A stretch of DNA of 63,054 nt, counting the filler, from Octopus bimaculoides (taxonomy: Eukaryota): NCBI RefSeq assembly GCF_001194135.2. It is 5 parts of 4 records of this genome, joined end to end, with 100 filler letters (N's around TTAATTAATTAA, not from the genome) between each part and the next. Parts side by side here need not be neighbours in the genome. Positions count along the whole stretch, not along the records: positions 48,750 to 61,877 come from NC_068987.1; positions 61,978 to 63,054 come from NW_026305065.1; 3 more parts are not named here. One strand, written 5' to 3'. The notes under the pieces were generated by a model. It was not told the DNA's origin, ran no database searches, and saw only the letters and a program-made list of their open reading frames with translations. This document shows positions 53,851 through 63,054 of this stretch, piece after piece (within the stretch, counting starts at the first letter, position 1; each line of letters opens with the position of its first letter). Made by a program: the position numbers and the translations under genes.

Positions 53851-53957
53851 TCATGAACATCATCATCATCGTTGTAATGTCTAATTTTCCATGCTTGCAC
53901 AGGTCAGACAGACTTCGTTGAGGCAGATTTTTCTTTACAGCTATACATATAGCATCT

Positions 53958-54497
53958 TGAGAGAAAAGTTGGGCATAAGAGGCATCACATGTGGTGTGCA
54001 ACAGAGACGGCTGCACTGATATGGTCATGCAATGCATATGATCGAGAACAGCTATGTAAAGAAGTGCCAATCTCTTACTGTGAAGGGGACCTGTGCTAGA
54101 GGGAGACCCAGGAAGACATGGGATGAGGTGGGAAAGCATGACCTTTGAACGTTGGGCCTCACAGAGGCAATGACCAGTGACCGAGACTTTTGGCGATATG
54201 CTGTGCTTGAGAAGACCCATCAAGCCAAGTGAAATCGTAGTTGTGACTGATGCTGGTGTCGTGTAACTGGCACTCATGATGGTGGCACATAAAGTGTACC
54301 TTTTGAGTGTTGGGCCTCACAGAGGCAAAGTGGCTGATGCTGGTGGCACAGCTGCAATGACCGAAACCTTTGGCATTATGTCGTGCTTGAGAAGAAGACC
54401 CATCAAGCCAAGTAAAATTGCAGTCGTGGCAGATACTGGTGTCGTGGCAGATATGTGGCAAATGGCACCCGTGCCAGTGGTATGTAAAAGTACCCAT
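53958..54497 (+). mobile_element. RTE-clade LINE 3' end (ORF C-terminus) with tandemly duplicated terminus
   Basis: REKLGIRGITCGVQQRRLH*YGHAMHM..VKKCQSLTVKGTCARGRPRKTWDEV..DRDFWRYAVLEKTHQAK*. Segment 54141-54297 is repeated at 54298-54497. Confidence 0.85.
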
Positions 54498-54592
54498 TAC
54501 TATAGCTCAAGGCAATGCCAGAATACAATTGACCAAGGTGTCATGCAGTGGGACTGAATCCAGAACCATGGGGTCAGAAAGCAAGCTTCTTA

Positions 54593-54838
54593 TTTCTTAT
54601 TTCTTATTTCTTTATTGCCCACAAGGAGCTAAACATAGAAGGGACAAACAAGGACAGACAAAGGGATTAAGTCGATTACATCGACCCCCTGTGCGTAACT
54701 GGTACTTAATTTATCTACCCCAAAAGGATGAAAGGCAAAGTCGACCTCAGAAGAATTTGAACTCAGAACGTAACGGCAGACGAAATACCACTAAGCATTT
54801 CACCTGACGTGCTAACGATTCTGCCAGCTCGCCGCCTA
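54593..54838 (-). mobile_element. SINE family C with an alternative 3' tail
   Basis: Family C head and body, followed by ..ATCCCTTTGTCTGTCCTTGTTTGTCCCTTCTATGTTTAGCTCCTTGTGGGCAATAAAGAAATAAG. Confidence 0.85.
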
Positions 54839-55376
54839 CTTACCACACAACCACACCTGCACCTATCATTGCTTTAAAAATGCAGCCATGCCTGCACTTG
54901 TTATGCTTTAAAAAACCTTAACTATGGAACAAGAATCAAAACTTAAAAACATTATTGAAATTTTTAACATAACAAAGCAGTGTTGTCAAGATGTACAAAG
55001 CAGAAATAAATGTATCAAAAGAGAAATAAAATAAAATAAAAAAGAAGATTTATAAAACATGTAATTTCCATGGGTCCCTGCTAGTGGAGACTAATGGAAT
55101 AATTATAGAAATTCAGAGATAAGACTGAAATTAATTGAAGTGTAAATTATCTAAATTGATAAAGCAGATCATAGTAACAGCTAAAGCAGATGATAGAAGT
55201 TGATGAAGCTGATTGGAGAAAGTGTTTGATCAGATATTGGAAGCTAATACAATAATCACAGAAATTTGCAGAGACGAGTGAGTTAAATTGAAGAACAGAT
55301 GTTGGAAAGCGCCGAAGCAATGTTCAAAGAATGAGACAGGCAGAGAGAGAGACAGAGAGGAGGGAGGAAGGGGGAG

Positions 55377-55412
<36 letters not shown>

Positions 55413-55492
55413 GAGCGGACAGTGATACAGAAAGGGAGAGACGGAGAAGGTTGTGTGAACTTATAAGAAAATTTTGATAAATGAATTCAGTG

Positions 55493-55523
<31 letters not shown>

Positions 55524-55524
<1 letters not shown>

Positions 55525-56062
55525 GGCACTCTGTCGGTTACGACGGCAAGGGTTCCATTTCATCCGCTCAGCGGAACAGCCTGCTCATGAAATTAATGCG
55601 CAAGTAGCAGGGCACATGCATCACAACGATATGGCGGGACATGGTGATCTCACATCAAGATAAACAGTGCATGATCTTGCAGGTGGGTGGGGCCCAGTTA
55701 GAATTTTCTTCAGATAGAGTAGCCCATCCCGCTCAAAAGGTCCCTGAATAAGGTTTGTTTAAGGATGTTGAGCAAAACACCCATGTTTCCAAAGGGGAAT
55801 TATTCAAACCCCACAGAATTCCCCTTAACACATGGCTATGATGCTCCCCCACTACTTCTGCTCATGATCAGAGATGCACATATCGTCAGCCACCAAGGGA
55901 CATGCTCAACTGGTTAAGGTCAAACAACTGACAAGCAAATCTGTGGTATTGAGCAGAATATTTGCTGTAGCCCATCTTTTTATACCAAGACAAAACAATG
56001 TACATGACAACACTTCCAATCAGTTAAGATCAAAAGCCATGAGAGCCACTGCCTGGTACTGC
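55524..56062 (-). mobile_element. SINE sharing the family B 3' tail, with a different body (possibly Nin/Deu-domain type)
   Basis: 55524-55610 is the reverse complement of the 40680-40763 tail (..GAGCAGGCTGTTCCG..GGAACCCT..ACGGAGTGCCA) and is followed by an (AGT)n tail. Domain naming is from recollection only. Confidence 0.65.
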
Positions 56063-56092
56063 TATTATTATTATCATTATTATTATTATTAT

Positions 56093-56310
56093 TTAAGGCA
56101 GTGAGCTGGCAGGATCATTAATGTGTTGGGCAGAATGCTTAGCAGCATTTCAACCAACCTAGTTCTGAGTTCAATTTCTGCTGAGGTCAAATTTGTTTTT
56201 CTTCCTTTCTGGTTCGATAAAATAAGTACCCATTGAGAAATGGGGTCAAAGTGTCCGACTCATCCCCCTCCTCCGAAATTGCTGGCCTTGTGCCAAAATT
56301 TGAAACCATT
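56093..56310 (+). mobile_element. SINE family C, flanked by (ATT)n on both sides
   Basis: AAGGCAGTGAGCTGGCAGG..TTCTGAGTTCAA..GGCCTTGTGCCAAAATTTGAAACC. (ATT)n lies at 56063-56092 and 56308-56336. Confidence 0.8.
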
Positions 56311-56687
56311 ATTATTATTATCATTATTATTATTGATTCATAGCATTTTTCCAGCTCTTTGCATTTGCACTTCATATTCCGTCAAGATCAACTTTGTATT
56401 TCAGCCTTACAGGGTCAAGAAGACGAGTACCAGTCAAATGCTGGGATCCAAACCATTATTGATATATTTCAAGAAGGCAGCACCTGCCAGATCTATTAAT
56501 ACACTGGACAGAATGCTTAACAGCATTTTGGTGATCTTTCAAATTCTACCAAGATCGACTTAGCCTTCCATTTTTTTTTTTTTTTGGTGGTGGGGTTGAA
56601 TAAAATAAGAATTAGTCAAGTACTGGGGTCGATATAATTATTGACTTTCCCTCCCCTCGAAAACTATCTTTCCTCCTTTTGGGGTTT

Positions 56688-56748
<61 letters not shown>

Positions 56749-56845
56749 NNNNNNNNNNNNNNNNNNNNNNNNNNNNNNNNNNNNNNNNNNNNNNNNNNNN
56801 NNNNNNNNNNNNNNNNNNNNNNNNNNNNNNNTGTGTCTGTGCATG

Positions 56846-56891
<46 letters not shown>

Positions 56892-56979
56892 CACACAAAT
56901 ACACATGCACACACGCACACATTTATGTGTGTGGAGTGAGAGAAAGAGAGAGAGAGAGAGAGATGTAGATATATATGTA

Positions 56980-57037
<58 letters not shown>

Positions 57038-57158
57038 TGTATATATATTTATATATGATGTGTATATGTTTATCTATAAATTATATATCTATATATATAT
57101 ATAAATATATATATCTACATATGATGTATATATGTGTATATATAAATTATATATATAT

Positions 57159-57505
57159 GGCCGTTGCCAGTACCGCCTGACTGGCCTTCGTAGGATTTTC
57201 GAGCAAGATCATTGCCAGTGCCCCTGGACTGGCTCTTGTGTGGGTGGCACATAAAAGACACCATTTCGAGCGTGGCTGTTGCCAGTATCGCCTGACTGGC
57301 CTTCGTGCGGGTGACACGTAAAAGCACCTACTACACTCTCTGAGTGGTTGGAGTTAGGAAGGGCATCCAGCTGTAGAAACTCTGCCAAATTTAGATTGGA
57401 GCCTGGTGTTGCCATCCGGTTTCACCAGTCCTCAGTCAAATCGTCCAACCCATGCTAGCATGGAAAGCGGACGTTAAACGATGATGATGATGATGATGAT
57501 GATGA
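57159..57505 (+). mobile_element. Family D element with three GCCAGT..ACTGGC hairpin modules
   Basis: Collinear with 50139-50415 and has a (GAT)n tail. Confidence 0.82.
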
Positions 57506-57541
57506 TATACCTACATATATACCTACATATATACCTACATA

Positions 57542-57577
<36 letters not shown>

Positions 57578-57694
57578 TGTGTGTACTTATGTGTGTGTAT
57601 GTATGAATGTATGTAAATATATTAGTCTGGCACAAATTTGTGAAGTTGTCATAATTAATCAAATCACTTCATCCATATTATTAGTACTTTCCTG

Positions 57695-57748
<54 letters not shown>

Positions 57749-58043
57749 TACGTACACAATGATTTCCTAATTTGGCACAAATTTGAGAGGAGTTTGCAAT
57801 AATCGATCAAATCAGTTCAAAGATATTATTGATACTTAAATCATCAATTCATACATATGTATAGACACATGACCCATATATGCATGTGTACGTGTGTATA
57901 TTTTCGCGTATGTATAGGTGTGCATTGCTTTGTGTGTGTGTTGGGGTGTGTTTGTGCGTGAGTGTGTGTTATTCAGTGCTCTCCCTCTCTCTCCCCCTCT
58001 CTCTCCCCCTTTCTCCCTCTTTCTCCCCCCCTTTCTCCCTCTT

Positions 58044-58119
<76 letters not shown>

Positions 58120-58124
58120 TATAT

Positions 58125-58195
58125 GGATAGATAAATATATATGTAGATAAATCGATATAGATAGATATGTAGATAGATAGATACATACATACATC

Positions 58196-58244
<49 letters not shown>

Positions 58245-59620
58245 GTAAATAGATAGATAGATATCTTTTTATTATAGCCACACAGGGCTAAATACAGAAA
58301 ATGGACAAATNNNNNNNNNNNNNNNNNNNNNNNNNNNNNNNNNNNNNNNNNNNGATAATTTCGATCAAAAGGGATCGCAGAAAAAAAAGGTGGGGATTTC
58401 GATCAAAAGGGATCGCAGGAAGAAAAAAAAAAAAGATAGATAGATAGATAGATAGGTAAATAGATAGATTGGAATTTGAACTCAGAACATAGTGGCAGAC
58501 GAAATACCGCTAAGCATTTCACCTTGCATGCTAATGATTCTGCCAGCTCACTGCCTCTTTCAGTTTCCGTCTAACAAATCCACTCACAAGGCTTTGGTCA
58601 GCCCAAGGCTATAGTAGAAGACACTTGCCCATGGCGCCACATAGTGGGACTGAACCCAGAACCATGTGGTTGGTAAGCAAGCTACTTACCACACAGCCAC
58701 TCCTTCACTAATGTTTGGAAAATAAATTAACCGGAAATTTTAGAGAAAAGTTTTAATTTACATCACTTTAAAACACAAACCTTCTATAATAAAACCAAGG
58801 GCAGCCGCAGATGGTTTTCGGAATCAAAAGAGTTAAACGAAGATGAGATGATCTCTGCTTGAATATCTTACCTTCTGGTTCTACTCAACTAGGAATTTCC
58901 TGGGTTCAAACAACAACAACAACAGCAACAACAACAGTAATGAATACATTGGAATTGATAAATATTTTAATTTGTTTTCTTTTAAGGATATTGGTGGAAT
59001 TTTAAAACATTTGAAATTCGAAATAAACATGGATAATAAATAAGTCGATGTGAAGAGAACAAAACAATGTTTTCAATTTAAAATATCAGCTGCCTTCTCT
59101 TGAAGCAAGGAAGCTTCTGAGCCAACAAGGGACTCACTAAGTCACCAAACAGCACGCTAGAAATAGCAGCTACATTTCCCTCAAATCACATACAAACACC
59201 TTATGAACTGATGCATTGAGTGATTCGGTGATGCTTTAATTGTATGTAGGCAAAAGGCAGGATGATCATAAACCTGCTCGGTCAAGACTGACCTAGGGCT
59301 AAGGAACAGTAACAACAAGGAAGCTTTCTATTTATCTATCTCTCTATCTCTCTATCTATCTATCTCCATCTATCTCTCTCTCTATCTATCTATCTATCTA
59401 TCCATAAATCTCTCTCTCTCTCTTTCTCTATCTATCTATCTATCTATCTATCCATCTATCTACCTACCTATCTATCACTCTCTCTCTCTATCTATCTATC
59501 TATCTATCTATTTCTGCCTATCAATCAATCTATCTATCTTTCTATCTATCTTTCTATCTCTTTTTCTGTCTCTCTATCTCTCTATCTATCTCTCTATCTT
59601 TCCTTTTCTTCCTTTCATCC
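58125..59620. repeat. (GATA)n 58125-58262 and (TCTA)n 59330-59620; also (CAGA)n(GATA)n at 35775-35887
   Basis: Read directly from the sequence. Confidence 0.92.
58556..58704 (-). mobile_element. SINE family A, 5' half, directly joined to a family C head
   Basis: Nearly identical to 15657-15806. Confidence 0.85.
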
Positions 59621-59861
59621 TTCTTCCTAACAGCTTCACTTGTAACTTTGTCAAAAGGCAGGTGATTCGGTAAAAATACTAAATGTTATAAACGTAATTC
59701 AAAGTAGGCATATATACAAATGTACACACAGCATACACACACACACACACACATATATACATCATCCATATGTACATACATACGTACACACATACAACAT
59801 TGTACACTCATACATTTATACATACATATATACAAACATATATACATACAGCATACATTCC

Positions 59862-60075
59862 TACGATGGTATCAAAAAGACACTCAACAAGTTATGTTTA
59901 ATAAAAAATAACTTCAAAATAGTCACCTTGCATAGCAATATACTGGTTCCAGTGTCCTTGCTGCTTTTTGAATCTGGCATGGAAGTCATTTTCCATGAGT
60001 TGAGGGCCTGTGATTCGTTCTTGACCTTGACAATGGCATCAAAACAGTGACCTTTGAGCTACCTTTTCATCTTGA
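59862..60075 (-). mobile_element. Mariner transposon 3' end remnant
   Basis: Minus strand gives LKGHCFDAIVKVKNESQ..ENDFHARFKKQQGHWNQYIAMQGDYFE with frameshifts, a mariner C-terminus. The terminus is TA|CGATGGTATCAAAAAG at 59862. A (CAT)n array truncates it. Confidence 0.7.
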
Positions 60076-62226
60076 GCTACCTTGTCGTCATTGTCATCAT
60101 CATCATCATCATCGTTGTCATCATTGTTGTCGTCATCAACATCATCATCATTATCATCATCATCATCACCACCATCATCATTGTCATCATCAACATCATC
60201 ATCATTAACATCATCATCATCATCACCATCATCATCATTGTCATCATCNNNNNNNNNNNNNNNNNNNNNNNNNNNNNNNNNNNNNNNNNNNNNNNNNNNN
60301 NNNNNNNNNNNNNNNNNNNNNNNNNNNNNNNNNNNNNNNNNNNNNNNNNNNNNNNNNNNNNNNNNNNNNNNNNNNNNNNNNNNNNNNNNNNNNNNNNNNN
60401 NNNNNNNNNNNNNNNNNNNNNNNNNNNNNNNNNNNNNNNNNNNNNNNNNNNNNNNNNNNNNNNNNNNNNNNNNNNNNNNNNNNNNNNNNNNNNNNNNNNN
60501 NNNNNNNNNNNNNNNNNNNNNNNNNNNNNNNNNNNNNNNNNNNNNNNNNNNNNNNNNNNNNNNNNNNNNNNNNNNNNNNNNNNNNNNNNNNNNNNNNNNN
60601 NNNNGTTGTCATCATTGTTGTCGTCATCAACATCATCATCATTATCATCATCATCATCACCACCATCATCATTGTCATCATCAACATCATCATCATTAAC
60701 ATCATCATCATCATCACCATCATCATCATTGTCATCATCATCATCAGCGTTGTCATCATCATTGTTTAACATCTGTTTTCCATGGTTTGGACTTTTGGCA
60801 TGGGTTGGCATGGGTTGGACGGTTTGACAGGAGTTGGCCAACCTGGGACCTGTCCAAGCCCCAATCATCTCTTGTGGCACAGTTTCTATGGCTACATCGG
60901 ACAAAATGCTCAACAGCATTTCTCCTGTCTCTTTGCACTCTCAGTTCAAACCCTGCCAAGGGCAACTTCACCTTTAACCCCTTCAGGATCGACAAAATAA
61001 AACACCTATCAAATACCAAGATCAATATAATGGACATGTCCCCTCCCCTCGAAATTTCTGGCCTTGAATCCTGCAACAGACAAGCTTCCTGTTCTGGAGA
61101 AACGTTGGCATATTGGTCAATTATGCCCCATGAAAACCAGAACCAGGTAAGCAGCCTTTAGAGTACTAAGGTTCAAAAAATAATCAAACATGATGTATGG
61201 GAACGCATGCTTGAAACACAAATCAAGAAAATTTCCAATTCACTTCTTTTATGCAACAAAATTCAATACCAAATTTTTTTTTCAAAAATTTATTCAATTC
61301 TTCTTTTCAACCAATGAGAAAAAATGTCACAGATGAAACAAATGGACTTCTAATCCAATCATATTATTGTATTCAGATATTCGCAAAGTACCCAAGTACT
61401 TTCTCTTCCAGCAATGTTAAATGATCAATGATTTAAGAACTAATATCACATTCTAAGTGGCATTCACTGTTTTAGAAAACATTTGAAAATTTCTCTTTTG
61501 CGCTTTTCTTTCCCAAATTTTATCAATCAATGTTAGATTGTTTTATTCGGTCTTTTGCATGTTGCTATTATTTTATTTAAATATTCAAATATGTCAGAAA
61601 GGTATACCAACTTTATGCAGTGAAGATTGCTTTGAATTAAATCCCGAAATTCCGTTTTACTGAAAGGAAAAATTCAAACAACATTTCTCTCCATTCGTAT
61701 ACATGACAAAACACTTAACTCCTTGAGAATCAGTGAGCACCAGTGGATGAGTTGAGGCCTTTAAACCCAGCCCTAGTCTCTTCATAAATATTCTTTTCTA
61801 CTCTAGGCACAAGACCTGAAATTTTGTGGGGAGTGGCCAGTCGATTAGGTCGACCCCAGTATGCACCAGTGGCGGGGNNNNNNNNNNNNNNNNNNNNNNN
61901 NNNNNNNNNNNNNNNNNNNNNTTAATTAATTAANNNNNNNNNNNNNNNNNNNNNNNNNNNNNNNNNNNNNNNNNNNNAAAAACAGAGAAATGTTACACAA
62001 ATGCAAATGCAAATAACAGGTCATTAACAACAGGTGTCTTTCGACTAAGAACAAATTAAATTAAGCTGGTGTGTGTGGAAGTGAAGCCTTACAGCTGGGA
62101 CATAAGAGATGACAGGAATGGGGAGGAATAAATATGTTGCACAGATGGTAGTTGAAAGGTCATGCTTGGCCGAACACTGGTTACCAAGAGAGAGAGAAGA
62201 GAGGTAGAGGCAGAGAGAGAGAAGAA

Positions 62227-62268
<42 letters not shown>

Positions 62269-62343
62269 CAGAAGATCTTGGATATATCGAGTTTGAAGTT
62301 TCTATCTCTTTTAAATATACAAATTTAAAAGTTAAAAACCTTG

Positions 62344-62379
<36 letters not shown>

Positions 62380-62417
62380 TTTCTACTCCTTATGCAGAAT
62401 TTGACTGCCTCCTATAC

Positions 62418-63040
62418 CTACACTTTAGCACCATCATGGCAGTTGATGTAGCATTTTAAACCAGACAATATTCTGAAAAGACACCCACATAGATTGCACC
62501 TCCAATTTGGACCACCAAGAGCTGCAGATAAGTTCTGCTCTTTCTGGATCTTAAAATGTCTTTTGAGGCCTCTGTTGGATTTGCAAACCTTCTGGCATAC
62601 ACTGCATTCAAAGGTGTGCACAGACATATCGGCAGAATAGTTGGTGGGGCTTTATTTTCCATTGGTTCCCAAATGAGATTTGAGGCCAGCCAAAGACAGG
62701 CATGGTCTGTCACAGACTGCGCACACAAAAAGGTCATTGTCATTCACTTTCTTGATTGTTACATTCTTCCTTAGATTTTTACTTGCGTTATCCTGGCCTC
62801 TTCAAATTCTTTCATCCCACTCCACACCTTTTTCGCCATCCAACTCGATCTGAAGCAAGGGTTTCTATATCTTCTGGAACCATTCCAAGTGACTTCATAC
62901 TAGTCCTTAAACCCTTTTTTAGGGTTACACCGATAGCATTTCCCCCTGCATGTTCACCATAAAACAGCTGCTTTGGCATGCGCTCATCTGCCATTCGAAC
63001 AATATGGCCATACCATCTCAATTGGTTCCACAAAATCATA
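62418..63040 (-). mobile_element. RTE/BovB-like LINE 3' end with three degenerate C2H2 zinc fingers
   Basis: NQLRWYGHIVRMADERMPKQLFYGE..LASDRVGWRK is followed, after a frameshift and stops, by CAVCDRPCLSLAGLKSHLG, CSVCQKVCKSNRGLKRHFKI and CNLCGCLFRILSGLKCYINCH. Confidence 0.85.
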
Positions 63041-63054
63041 GCTTATATATATAT

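Noticed and set aside
53329-54277. Long E/K/R-rich and L/P/S-rich ORFs up to 296 aa
   Set aside because: They are products of the purine/pyrimidine low-complexity tract plus the antisense strand of an RTE tail.
60113-60740. Identical ~133-bp CAT-array segments either side of a gap
   Set aside because: Probably an assembly overlap. It cannot be distinguished from a real duplication without long reads.

Overview
Repeat-saturated, gap-rich eukaryotic genomic DNA. The SINE/LINE families and microsatellite load look like an octopus (cephalopod) draft assembly; this is inferred from repeat recognition, not a database search. The only host coding sequence I can support is one 372-bp internal exon (32067-32438, + strand, phase 1 at both ends) encoding TM3-TM5 of a cholecystokinin/sulfakinin-type class A GPCR. 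The rest is probably its very long flanking introns. These hold microsatellites, four tRNA-headed or LINE-tailed SINE-like families, decayed non-LTR retrotransposons (R4/Dong, HERO, RTE, Penelope-like), three or four Tc1/mariner remnants and MITEs. The most unusual observations are: (1) a ~3.1-kb degenerate palindrome (39783-42919) whose arms each carry a minimal hammerhead-ribozyme-like motif with a U3:A8 covariant core; (2) chains of different retroelements stacked into (TAA)n microsatellites; (3) an RTE LINE ending in three tandem C2H2 zinc fingers. Most ORFs in the supplied track are microsatellite or N-gap artefacts.
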